In this document: piece by piece, positions 10,435 to 21,146 of the stretch | Layout of the letters: each line of letters opens with the position of its first letter | Position numbering within the stretch: position 1 is the stretch's first letter | Assembly: GCA_002811645.1 (NCBI GenBank) | Contig: PDIP01000033.1 | Location: forward strand, 1 to 64,000 | Length of the DNA: 64,000 nt | Direction of reading: 5' to 3' | Source: Corallochytrium limacisporum Hawaii | Taxonomy: Eukaryota; Protista; Pluriformea | Notes under the pieces: generated by a model | Seen by the model: the letters and a program-made list of their open reading frames with translations, nothing else | Database searches by the model: none | Told to the model about the DNA's origin: nothing | Translations under genes and position numbers: made by a program

Positions 10435-12930
10435 TCAATAGGGAGCGTAGCAGAGGTTCACTTCTTTCTTGCCATCGCTGACAAGATGGCGCAAGACGGT
10501 CAGGAACCGTGCCTCCGAGTCTATCAAGTGTCGCCCACAGTACAAATGGGATCCTTTGCCGGTTCTAGTTTCGATTTTGTCTTTCAAGGCTTCGTAGGTA
10601 CACGTTTGGGCAAGATGGCCCATAAGATGGACCTCGCCCTGGGCATCAGTATACCTTACTGGCATCTTCTTTGCCTGGTTGAGGGGACAATCGAGGTCTA
10701 GGGTGGACCAGGACTGCTCACATATTTCACTGACCAGCACTGGCCTATCTGCGTGATCGGTCTGACTGAGAAGCAGTCTAGCTTCGGACATTGCGACCAC
10801 ATATTCACCTAGCCAATTGTACGCCTGGTGCCAGCCTGTCACCGCTGTCTCACATTCTTCGTCTGATGGAAACATTTCCTTCAGAGTCATAATCCTAGAA
10901 AAGGTTTCGTTCTGCATATTATAGAAGATGTGTGCGTTGAGATACTGGAAGATGGTCGGATTCATGAACATTGTTGTCCTCGACGTTTCGGCAGGTTGTA
11001 CCTTTGACAAATACACCATACCATCACCGGGGGAGACTCCTCCAGCAATAACCTGAGATTCCACATGGGACATGATAATAACGGTCACATTCTGGCCTAA
11101 GCGCAGGAAGTTGTGAGTGTACAGAAAATACTCCTCACACAGCTCCTTCATCTCAATGCCCAATTTGATCGCGAGTTTGTTCAACGCGCTCTCGAGTTCT
11201 TTACGGAGGCTGGGAGCATCTTCACCATCGCTACTAGTGTTTTTCGGTTTCTTCAGCCAGGCAACCTCTTCAGCGCTCAAGCAACTCTCAGCACGCACAG
11301 CAGTGGATGGAAGCATGAAGGGAAGTTTTGAGTCCACCTCTACACGCATTCCACCCTTTAAGAAGCTGACGGCATTCAGCAGACACAGGTGCAAACCGGG
11401 CTCCAAAATACCCATACTCTTCAAATGATCATCGCCACGGATAGGCTTTTCGGCCAGAGCTGATGCCCTAAGAACACGGATTGTTTGCTGCTGCGCGCAA
11501 GCATTGATCAGTTTTGCTAACGGTGGATTATCTTCCGGAAATCCAAGCTTTAGAGCGCCAAAAAACTTGCTATCGTCGGCAACCATTTTCACCAGAAGCA
11601 ATGCCTTGCGGGAACCCTTCTGGTTGATTACGGGTTCCCAGTACAGCCGTCCGAGATCTGCCAACTCCTGGGCATTTGTCCGGGGACCGGCTTGCGCGCG
11701 AATGGTACGTTCTAATTCCACCAAAGCGGTGAGAAACGCCCCTTGGAATGTATGAGTGAGCATTTTTGCGTATTCATTGGATAGCACACGGGCAATATCG
11801 TAGTCATGGACAGCCTGCATTGCCCACACAAAATTCTTGGATTCAGGGAGCGCATCATGGCCTTCCAGGCTCACGGACGGGATGTCTCCGTTGGCAGTCA
11901 TCAAAGCCCGACCACTAGGAGTGACTATGAGACAGGAGAGTAGGAGAGGCATGGCGTCCCCACTCTCGCCTTGTTGCTTCTGAGCATGAAGGAATGAACG
12001 ATACAGCCTCTTACCTTTGGGGCCCATACCATAGGCGACAGCTCCATGGCAATCCTCATTCAGGGCACATTGTGATCGGCGTCTGTTGTTCCCCATCATA
12101 CGTGCAGAATTTAGGACACCGCCGCCACGAGTGTTATCAGGTCTCGCGAGTGTGTCCTCCTTCATACGCTCAGAGAGATCAACAATAAGGCTATGGATGT
12201 TGTTCTGTTTGGCTTCTTTAAGTTCTCTCCTGTCTGTCGCATGGTCACCCGACAGGATGATGCCTTGAGGTGAACAAGTTGTCCAGGATAAGGTCTTCTC
12301 GCGATCATCATCCTTCGCAGAGTCGGAGCCAGGTTCCGTAAGTTCCACTGGACTGTTACTCAGTGGTACGCATCGCACACGAACATAGATCTTCTCATCA
12401 TCTGTACTTGCCGCTCCTTCTGAACTCATCACAACACTCCACACTGCGGGATTGAGTGCTTGGGATCGCTTGTGAATTCCTGAGATCCTGACAACTGCTG
12501 TGTGCAGGTTCTCCACCAAGAGTTTGTCAGTGGACCACTGTACCTCAACACTAGCACCATCTGGCAGTGTCGTCCCTGGTTCATAGAAGAGGCAGAGTCT
12601 GAAGTATCCCGGCTTTTTGGCAGGATATACCTTTGCCTGTAGTGGCAAACAAGGCCATGGCACCACTAGAGATAACTGTGACAGTGTCTTCGGCCGCGGC
12701 CGTGGCGATGGCATCTGTATGGCAGTAACCTGACTCGGAACTTCCGAATCGGTGTGTCTGAGTCTGTCCGGTTCTTCCTTTTTGTTTTTGGTCCAGGAAA
12801 AAATTCTCATAGATCTCTTTTTCTTTTCCAAAGAATCTGTACTTCTAAGCAGCGCCAGCGAGGTGTCATAGACCCCTCCCGAATCACCGGAGGCGTGCGA
12901 CGACACGGATCCCCTGTCCTGACGCACCAT
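10435..12930 (-). CDS. ANKFN1/WAKE (Nmf9)-like protein with no visible ankyrin repeats; FN3-like segment and C-terminal ubiquitin/RA-like domain
   Basis: LGRLYWEPV, LEPGLHLCLL...KLPFML...LSAEEVAWL and FLYTHNFLRLGQNVTVI match, in order, ANKFN1 blocks as recalled (LGRVYYEPI, PGLYLGYL...LPNIL...SREEWEW, LYTQEVLELGHNVSF). Confidence 0.72.
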   Translation of the reverse strand: MVRQDRGSVSSHASGDSGGVYDTSLALLRSTDSLEKKKRSMRIFSWTKNKKEEPDRLRHTDSEVPSQVTAIQMPSPRPRPKTLSQLSLVVPWPCLPLQAKVYPAKKPGYFRLCLFYEPGTTLPDGASVEVQWSTDKLLVENLHTAVVRISGIHKRSQALNPAVWSVVMSSEGAASTDDEKIYVRVRCVPLSNSPVELTEPGSDSAKDDDREKTLSWTTCSPQGIILSGDHATDRRELKEAKQNNIHSLIVDLSERMKEDTLARPDNTRGGGVLNSARMMGNNRRRSQCALNEDCHGAVAYGMGPKGKRLYRSFLHAQKQQGESGDAMPLLLSCLIVTPSGRALMTANGDIPSVSLEGHDALPESKNFVWAMQAVHDYDIARVLSNEYAKMLTHTFQGAFLTALVELERTIRAQAGPRTNAQELADLGRLYWEPVINQKGSRKALLLVKMVADDSKFFGALKLGFPEDNPPLAKLINACAQQQTIRVLRASALAEKPIRGDDHLKSMGILEPGLHLCLLNAVSFLKGGMRVEVDSKLPFMLPSTAVRAESCLSAEEVAWLKKPKNTSSDGEDAPSLRKELESALNKLAIKLGIEMKELCEEYFLYTHNFLRLGQNVTVIIMSHVESQVIAGGVSPGDGMVYLSKVQPAETSRTTMFMNPTIFQYLNAHIFYNMQNETFSRIMTLKEMFPSDEECETAVTGWHQAYNWLGEYVVAMSEARLLLSQTDHADRPVLVSEICEQSWSTLDLDCPLNQAKKMPVRYTDAQGEVHLMGHLAQTCTYEALKDKIETRTGKGSHLYCGRHLIDSEARFLTVLRHLVSDGKKEVNLCYAPY

Positions 12931-13846
12931 TGTGTATTTGTCCCTTTACTTTCTCCAATACGATCCGTAACGAAAACAGCTCATTCAACTATACTAGTGT
13001 GAGAATATGTATCCATATTGGAAACCCTAAACTCATATTCTAATAGATGGTGATCTATCCGATGACAATGGCAATGGGCAGAGCTCTGAGATACCTGGGA
13101 TATCAAGTCATCATGGGAAAATTTACATGTCCTGTAGTAACAAAAGCATAGTAGGATATGGTATGTAATACATATATAGTAGCAACCATTCCACAATGTG
13201 CGCACTTAGGTGAAAGTGCCAGCCATACGGAGGAACTCTGTTGCAATCTCCATGCACGGCACTGCTAAATGGAATGACCGTGCTCCTTTTCCCCCCCTTT
13301 CGTGCGTGGTATAAGGAGGGTCCGAGCTGGGTGATTGCCAATTTCCTGCCCGCTACTGTTGCAATACAATAAAAACAAGGGGGCAGGAGCGGTACCGCCT
13401 TTCCATAGTGAATAGACGGGAAGAATTTCGCCGTGGGTGAGTTGGGGTCGCTCACCCGAAGTGTTCCTTCCGGTGCTTAAGTGGCTCTTGGTAGCAAGGG
13501 AAGAACGGGACAGAAGGGCCGAAGGAGGAACCAATCACTTCCGCAGAGCGAGAATGACGTTGCATCACCAGAGTCGGAGCACGAAACATCAGAGCTTTCA
13601 GTGTGAAAACAATTCCTTTCTCTTCTTCTTCGTCGCTTCTCTAGCCGTTTAAGTACGGTTTCGGGTGCACATAGCGGGTCATCGTCAAGCACGCAACGTG
13701 CGGTTGGGAAGGGTGGTGTGATGGCGCGGAGCATCGCTGTGGCTGGTTGCTCCTTCTATTGAAACCCCCCCCCCCTTCCTTCACTACCGCCGAAAGTGCC
13801 CACCGCGGAGGGAAGGGCCCGCTCCTTGTCTCTCCCCACAACCCCC

Positions 13847-14027
13847 NNNNNNNNNNNNNNNNNNNNNNNNNNNNNNNNNNNNNNNNNNNNNNNNNNNNNN
13901 NNNNNNNNNNNNNNNNNNNNNNNNNNNNNNNNNNNNNNNNNNNNNNNNNNNNNNNNNNNNNNNNNNNNNNNNNNNNNNNNNNNNNNNNNNNNNNNNNNNN
14001 NNNNNNNNNNNNNNNNNNNNNNNNNNN
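13847..14027. other. Assembly gap (181 N)
   Basis: Run of N flanked by C-rich sequence. Confidence 0.99.
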
Positions 14028-14366
14028 CTCCCCCCAAACTCAACCCTTCTTCTTCCCCACGTCACCCGCTCATTGGCCCAAACCTTCGGTGGGTTTCTCA
14101 GTTCAATATCCATGTCGCAAGTCTTCAAATTGACTGGCTTCCTGCGCCAAGGAACTTTTGGACATCATTTCTGAAGAGAACATTCTGAAGAGGACGCACT
14201 TTGAAATCAGACAGTGTTATGGACACAAAACAAGCACACAATGATTAACCAAACAGAAACCTTGAATTTTTTGTTTCGATCCTTGCTATGGTTATAATCA
14301 CATTCTTATAAGGTTAGTTGAAAGATAACTGGCAAAGAAAGCAAGTCGACACGATCTGGAATTGAT

Positions 14367-14888
14367 TTAGGCCGTAACAGCTTCCTCTTCCTTCTCGCCA
14401 TGGACCATGACGTGAGAGAACTCCCGGTAGTCCAGCTCCTGGGTTTCACGGTCGATGGGGGCGCCGGCAAAGACGGCATCGACCTCATCTTCGGTCAGGC
14501 GATCGCCCATGGTCATCAGCAGCTCCCGCAGCTTCTCGACGCTGAGCTTGCCAGTGCCTTCCTCATCGAAGCAAGAGAAGGCATTGCGGAGGACATCAAC
14601 GGGGTCCGTGCCCTGCATCTTCTGGCCGAAGAGAGTGAGGAACATGGTGAAGTTGATGGTACCAGGGGCTTCATTGACCATGGCCTCCAAATCAGCATCG
14701 GACGGGGTTTGGCCCAGGGAGGCATACATATCAGCAAGGTCCTCCTTGTCAACGAAACCGTCGTGGTTCTGATCAATCATGTTGAAAGCTTCCTTGAAAG
14801 TGCCAATCTGCTGCTGGTCAAACATGGCAAAGACGTTGGAAGAGGCACGCTGTGCGCGCTTCTTCTTGGCGGTCTTACGCATAGCCAT
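14367..14888 (-). CDS. Myosin II regulatory light chain (MRLC/MYL12/sqh-like)
   Basis: [41 protein letters not shown]-hand, [11 protein letters not shown] and LMTMGDR. Confidence 0.96.
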   Translation of the reverse strand: MAMRKTAKKKRAQRASSNVFAMFDQQQIGTFKEAFNMIDQNHDGFVDKEDLADMYASLGQTPSDADLEAMVNEAPGTINFTMFLTLFGQKMQGTDPVDVLRNAFSCFDEEGTGKLSVEKLRELLMTMGDRLTEDEVDAVFAGAPIDRETQELDYREFSHVMVHGEKEEEAVTA

Positions 14889-17067
14889 AGTGAATGTCTT
14901 TTGCTTACTTCTCTTTTCTAAACTATTTCACTCACGCTAGTTGTGATACCCGAAAGTGGAATTCCAATAATAAGAAACATCCACTATGGTACCCAGTACT
15001 CAATGAGCCAATGGAGCTAACATTCCTTGATTCGCGACGGTTCACCTTAAGTACTCGATCGAGAACTCGAAATTCCCTTCTACTGTGGGTTTCTAGTCTC
15101 AGAAGGTTCTCCAAAACTAGACAAAGATGTATCTCCAACCACGCTCTGAACTTTCTCCCTGAGAGAACCCGAGGTATGTGTACCCTGCTCCGTCTCTTTC
15201 TCAAACAAAACTCCTGAGGTACAGAAACACTCTCATTCTATGCCCATTGTGCTCACCGTTTGTTTGGTTACAACGGCCCTGGTGATTGGTCCCCATAACG
15301 AAAACACCACCCAGGCATTCGGTGTTTGGGGAGCAACGGAGGCTTGACGGGGAGCGTTCGGGCGCGCCAAATTTTCTTACGGCCTCGTTCATTCCATTAC
15401 TCCTCCTACCCTTTCTTGTCAACTCATATCGTCTACTTTACTATTATAAATGTGTACTTTATTTTTTAAAACTATCCCCTGCGATTCGTATGTGGCTCAG
15501 GTAAGCGCTTACTCTGCACCGTTGGAGACGCAGCGGGGCGGGAAGAGGACAGGAGGTTTCCGGCGCGTTGATTGGCCGCACCACCGTTTCCACCCTGCGT
15601 CGGCTTTGAGGGCGGGGGGCATCCAGCTGCACACGCTGGAATTGAGAATTTAATGGTCCCGGTGCTTATTTTCACTGAATTTTAATACTTTTTGCACACG
15701 TTTTTAACGGAGAGTGAAACAATATCACCACGAGAAGGTCCACGTCTTGTCCCTGCTTCTGTGGAAGAAGAAAAAGATTTTTGCCAGGGGGGGGGGACTT
15801 TTGTGACAAACTTTGAGTTTTCGGGGGCATGAGTAGCAGTGGGGGAGAGGAAAAAGGGGGGGGGGACTCGGAGGAGAATTTTGCAGAGAAGGCGCAAATT
15901 AGAACCACTTCCCAACTGCAGTTATCCCTATAGCCAGTGTTCAGAGACTTACCTACAATTCCGACCTGGATTGCTGAAGGTATGGTGTAGGGCCCAGTTA
16001 GTCTGCCTTGCAGGCCTCTTATTTTTCCTGGTTGCCCATATTGCTATTTTGCCTTACTCACACAGTTTTGGCATAGCGCCGCCACGGCGGGTCACAGAGG
16101 AGCAGTAATGAGGCCGCCCTACAGTACACACAATGCATGCTCTTCGTCCGCGGTGGGGAACCCACCCACAGTCCGAATGCTTTGGACTTCGGTGGGACTG
16201 GGCCATTTTATAGTGCCCGCGGACACTCTATAGTTGTTACTTTGGAGCCGGCCTGAGTAAAGTATTCTGTACATTTATAAATGATTCAAGTTCCTGATTT
16301 AGAGTAAAATGAAAAAGACCACCAAATGCGAGGCACCGTGAACTTACTCTACCGTCGAGACTTCCCACCAATCACGGCTTGGACATTGAGGCCACTGGCT
16401 GGAGCTCCCGACCAATCATTGCTCTTCAAGAAGCCCTAAATCAAAGAGGACCGTATTTCACAAATATGAGCACTATTTTATATACGTACTTGCTTTAAAT
16501 TTACCCCTCTTTTAGGTACAGCTAGTCCGATAGAGCGATCGCAATGTTGTCTATGGGGAGGCTCCTGGCAGGAGGGAGCTGGAGCGGGGTCCCAAGCTTC
16601 GGCTTGGCTTGTGGGCGACAAAAGGAAGAGACACACACGACAGAGAAGGGGCGGGGGATGAGACCCATATTGGAATGGACACAGGAAATGGCTGCGCGCC
16701 GGGCAGACAATTCAGCAGTGTGCAAAAACTGGCTGCCAACGTAGGGCACGTACTGTCCGTTCCCGTCCGTCGGCAGAGCGGGTAGAGTCGGCCCATAGAG
16801 AGAGGGAAAGGAAGGCTGGCGTACGAGAAAGCGAGTTGGTGTCCCAAATGTGCAGGGTTCTAGAAACGCATGGACCGCTATTTGATATTGAGATCTTCGT
16901 GAATTGAAGTCAAAAGAATCTGAAGGGTTTCAATGCACATGCGATTCTCAGCACTGAGATCACGAATCCGGGATCACCAAACTGTAAGGATTTATTCATG
17001 TAAGGCGCTTCTCGGCCGGTGTCCGGCCCATTCCGCATACAGAATCAGACAGGCACATACAGTGGCC

Positions 17068-18384
17068 ATGAGCGCCAAAAAGAGAGAGCAGCTGTCGCGT
17101 TGTGGACTCAAGGAGGCCCCTGTAGCAACCCCAAAGGATGTGCGACAGTCTGCTGTGTTGGGTGCTTTAATAGCGGACGCGGCTGCGATTCCAGGGCACT
17201 GGTACTACGACCTTCAAACTTTATGGACACATTACCCGGAGAGCAGCTGGTGGAAAGAAACCACACAAAGTGATATTACAGAGTGGACTTATCAGGCAGT
17301 GGACCAGAGTAAGAGGCACCCTGACTCATGGAAATACTACAGAAAGGTCCATCCTGAGGATTACCCATATGATATCTATGGCAAAAGTGTATCATTGTAC
17401 GATGCGCCAGGAAGTCACTATCATCCATTCATTCCAGAGGGTGGAGTGACCCTGACAGCTCAAGTTGCTTTGGCTCTGCTCCGGTCACTGGTAGAGAGTA
17501 AAGGGTATGATGTAGTCAGCTATCTGCGGAAGTATTATCCCCTGTTGCTCAGTCCCGATGAACACAGGGACAGTTACGTTGAGCAAGCTCATCGCAATTT
17601 TCTCAAACGGTACTCACAAGGTATGCATCCGACGGAATGCTCCACAAGGACAGAAGCATGCATGGGTGGGGTAGCACAATGTGTGCCTCTGATGGCGTAT
17701 GGTTGCGAGTCTCAGAATGAAGGACCAGACCAGTGGGTGCCTGGGAAACAACATCTTGAACTAACTCATCTTGCACCAGACCTGGCACGAGCGAGTACAG
17801 CTGTACATCACATTTTAAAAGGTCTCCAAGGCGTTTCAGACTTTAGGGAACGTAAGGCAAAGGCAAATGAGCTTATTCGTCAGACGCTAGTTGAATTGAA
17901 CCCGGAGTTGGATGCGGAAGAGATTCATGATGAATTGGATGAGTTGCTGGAAACCACACCAAATATCAAGAAGGATTCTCTCAGATTCAAACGCATGAGC
18001 GTCTTGGGACCGGAGTGGAATAGATGATACGTGCATCTGGGCGCCTTCAATGGCGTTCTTGTACTCTGTCTGCGATATCTCAACGAAGAAGATGGCTTTG
18101 CCAAAGTGATTGTGGCCAATACTATGCATGGAGGGGACTCTACACAACGAGGAGGTTCCTTGGGTGCCATTATGGGTGCTATTTTCTTGATCAAGTTGGA
18201 CTCCAACGCAATGCAGAAACTTCTGTGCGGTGCAGAGGCCCTAACTTTGACGGAACAGCTTGAACGCATTTATGAGAACAATGGAAATTCTCTACCTCTG
18301 CGATGTCGGACCATCCCTACAGATACAGAATTCAGAGAACTGGTTCCAGAAGCACCGGAGGTCAGAGAAGAAAACGATGCGTAA
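17068..18384 (+). CDS. ADP-ribosylglycohydrolase/SelJ-family selenoprotein (438 aa, Sec at codon 320, TGA 18025-18027)
   Basis: N-terminal GALIADAAAIPGHWYYD. ORFs 16933..18027 and 18031..18384 are in frame across AGA-TGA-TAC. The family C-terminal motif ANTMHGGDSTQRGGSLGAIMGA lies after the TGA, and a SECIS follows in the 3' UTR. Confidence 0.88.
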
Positions 18385-18438
18385 AAGATATCATAGGGAA
18401 GTTCGGGGATCCTCTTTTGAGGTCTTGAATTAGCAAGA

Positions 18439-18512
18439 TCTTGCATGATGGCTCGAGCAGTAAAGAATTGCTTTCCTAAGCGAACCTGCTCCGTGGCCTG
18501 AGCAGCCCAAGA
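18439..18512 (+). promoter_or_regulatory. Eukaryotic SECIS element (type II)
   Basis: TCTTG/CAAGA lower stem; ATGA (18445-48) and TGAG (18499-18502) core; helix II GGCTCGAGCAG pairing with CTGCTCCGTGGCC; unpaired AAA at 18462-64; apical mini-stem TTGCTT-tcct-AAGCGA. Confidence 0.85.
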
Positions 18513-18966
18513 GACCCAATCCCTGTGCCACCACTTTCTCATACCTTCCATCCCTCCCACCCATCACTTGTGAGACGGTCTCACCCCACCGGCCTTCCCT
18601 CACCCCGGAGGAGGGGGGCTGCCAAAAACACCCACTTACTACACCAGTCAGTGTCCGATCGGTCTCACCCGGAACAGCAAGGTACAGGAGTGTGCACAAC
18701 TGGGTGGTTACATCAGTCCGTCATACATAATTCAACATAGATACATTCATACACGTTTCATGACACTATATTACACATATGTGTTATTCTAGACTGGCAG
18801 AAACTTGAGGATCTGGGAGATCAGGATGCACAGTAGATCGTATATACAAGAGTACATGCGACGTGAACTTAAAAGGCGACGTGTTCCGCCCGGTATATTT
18901 CGAGGCCCTTCCGTAGGTCACATCAACACACCGAGCTCACATGCAACCGCTTCCCGTCCTTTGGCC

Positions 18967-19830
18967 ATGGCCACTTGTGCCACACCGTCCCCGGTTTGCA
19001 GAGCCAGCAACACTTCCATTCCGACGGCAAACTTGTCTCATTTTGAATATCGACCGCGCTCAGCCAGCACAGTGGACCTAGATCAACATTTCCTCGACTG
19101 TGCGAACGGAGCTGTGCTGATCACAAACTTTGTGGCTTCGCCTGGCAAGGATATTGCTGTGCCACGCGATCCCGAAGACGCCGTGGACCTGGCCTCACCG
19201 GAGTCGGAAGTGGCCAGTGTGCAAGGGGAACTGTATCAGGCACCTGACGGTGTCGTCCATCTTTGCAACATGTCTGACGATGGTGAGCTCAAACGCAGTG
19301 AGTATGGGCCACAGATAAACAATAGTCACAAAGATCCGTTGCCACCGACGAAAACCTCTTCAGACCGTTCCGTAGCTCCAAGTATTGCTAACGACATTGC
19401 AGATTACGCCAGCGATCTAGAGTATGAGGTGGTGCTATGCGAACTGGAGCAGGAAGAACAACAAAACATTGACTCACTGTTGGTGCCAAAATGTAGTGAA
19501 AGCGTGTCAGTTGAAAACACCTCTCCTCAGTCAGACAAGAATGCAGAGGGCCGTCAACCGTACCCAGTACTTCCAGCGCCCGAGCCCCAAAGTTCCCCGC
19601 CGGAACAGACCTTCAAGCGTCCACAAGAAGGCACCATTGCCCTGTTTCTGGCCGGACAGAAATGTCACGAGGAAGGGATACCGCAAGTTCGTCAATGCGA
19701 AGACAAAGTGAAGGCGGTCTGGAAACAAATTGTTGATTTGTGTGAAAGGCCAAAAGTTCAGCGGCAAATCAAGCTCATGCTGCAAGAGTCACCCTATCGC
19801 AATCTCCCGAAAATCTATAAGGTGGAATAG
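18967..19830 (+). CDS. Hypothetical protein (disordered and acidic, helical C-terminus)
   Basis: Long ORF (18805..19830) with gccATGg at 18967. No family recognised. Confidence 0.6.
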   Translation: MATCATPSPVCRASNTSIPTANLSHFEYRPRSASTVDLDQHFLDCANGAVLITNFVASPGKDIAVPRDPEDAVDLASPESEVASVQGELYQAPDGVVHLCNMSDDGELKRSEYGPQINNSHKDPLPPTKTSSDRSVAPSIANDIADYASDLEYEVVLCELEQEEQQNIDSLLVPKCSESVSVENTSPQSDKNAEGRQPYPVLPAPEPQSSPPEQTFKRPQEGTIALFLAGQKCHEEGIPQVRQCEDKVKAVWKQIVDLCERPKVQRQIKLMLQESPYRNLPKIYKVE

Positions 19831-19837
19831 ACATCCC

Positions 19838-20815
19838 CTAGTTTTGTTGACACAATTTTCGCAAGTACGTGCTGCTCAACTTGGCTGCTGCATCATTCTC
19901 GGGCCCAACAAGGTCAATGACCACGCTATCCAGCTCGGACAACCCCAGTTTTATCCGGTGCTTGTTGATCATGTTGACACCTTCAGCAGTTTCCTTGCTC
20001 ACAATGATGGTATGAAGGTTTGGGTCGTTGCCAGCGGGACCCATGGGTTCCACAATAGGCACAATTTCGTATGTAATGTCACTCCGAACCATTTCCAGGA
20101 AACTCCGCACCTTGGCGATTCTGCGGTCAAGTGGCTCCAAGAATTCACCGTGTTTCTTGTTCTTCAACAGTGCTTCCGCGCTCACACCAACTACCAGACG
20201 ACGTGTTGCCGTAAGAGCAGCGATGGTCAGCAGCACCTTATGGCCTCCGTGCAGATGATCAAAAGTGCCTCCACAACAGACCCCTTCGGCCTGGCTGTCC
20301 CGTAATGTACGGTCACCATTACCTAGCTGCTCAAGCAAAGGTGATGGCGGCCCTACAGCACCTTGGCTGATACTCAACGAGGATCCTTCTTGTAGTCCCG
20401 TGATGCGGAAAATCGCAAGCGGACCGAGTCCTTCTTGTTCACGTTTCGCATTGGCATCAACAACCCACTGTTGCTCCTGATTGGATACCAAGAGTCCCTG
20501 GAAGTCTTCCACAAGCACGGGATCGTACCCACAAACTGAGGGGAGAATTATGTTGCAGTTCATGAACGGTCTATCCAGTCTGCTAGCAACTTGGAACATA
20601 AGGTAGTAAAGACGAATCAGGAAGTCTTGCAGGCGGTGGACACCCGTATCCATAAGTTGCTTATCCTCGACGAGAACAACCAAGTGCTTACTGGTTACTC
20701 CAACTGCCTCTTCGAGCTGTGCTAAGGTCTCATGTTCATCCACCTGGCCATGAACATGGAGATTAATGTGGGCAAGGGCGGCCCGAAAGAGGGCTGGTTT
20801 CGCTGCAATCGTCAT
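19838..20815 (-). CDS. Phosphopantetheine adenylyltransferase (stand-alone, Cab4/COASY-PPAT-like)
   Basis: GGTFDHLHGGHKVLL (HxGH), GPA...IIVSKET..G...IN..R and KLSST. No dephospho-CoA kinase domain follows. First ATG is at 20815. Confidence 0.9.
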   Translation of the reverse strand: MTIAAKPALFRAALAHINLHVHGQVDEHETLAQLEEAVGVTSKHLVVLVEDKQLMDTGVHRLQDFLIRLYYLMFQVASRLDRPFMNCNIILPSVCGYDPVLVEDFQGLLVSNQEQQWVVDANAKREQEGLGPLAIFRITGLQEGSSLSISQGAVGPPSPLLEQLGNGDRTLRDSQAEGVCCGGTFDHLHGGHKVLLTIAALTATRRLVVGVSAEALLKNKKHGEFLEPLDRRIAKVRSFLEMVRSDITYEIVPIVEPMGPAGNDPNLHTIIVSKETAEGVNMINKHRIKLGLSELDSVVIDLVGPENDAAAKLSSTYLRKLCQQN

Positions 20816-21085
20816 TGTGCTAAGCTGTTCTATGTGAGATAAATCCGTTTCTATATGCACTCCTTGTTTCTTTACTTGGAGCCTATGCTACTACGTATCC
20901 ATATTTCGTCTGTTGCTCAACTGATGGTCTCTTTTCTCTTGTGGTGTTTCTGAACTCTGACATTGCATCCCTTGATATGAAGATCTCCAGCGTTTGAAGT
21001 AGCTACGGATTGAAGAAACAGCCGTTGGGACAAGCCTGCAGCTGGGAAGAGTCTGGGCACCCTCTCCCGCCCGCACCGTCTTCGG

Positions 21086-21098
21086 CTCTCTCTCTCGC

Positions 21099-21143
<45 letters not shown>

Positions 21144-21146
21144 CTC
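21086..21146. repeat. (CT)n microsatellite, imperfect
   Basis: Seen directly in the sequence. Confidence 0.95.

Noticed and set aside
18025-18027. TGA as a pseudogene lesion or general UGA=Trp recoding
   Set aside because: TGA is a normal stop for PLPBP, MINPP1 (after SDEL) and FANCL. Here it falls at a Cys/Sec column and has a SECIS.
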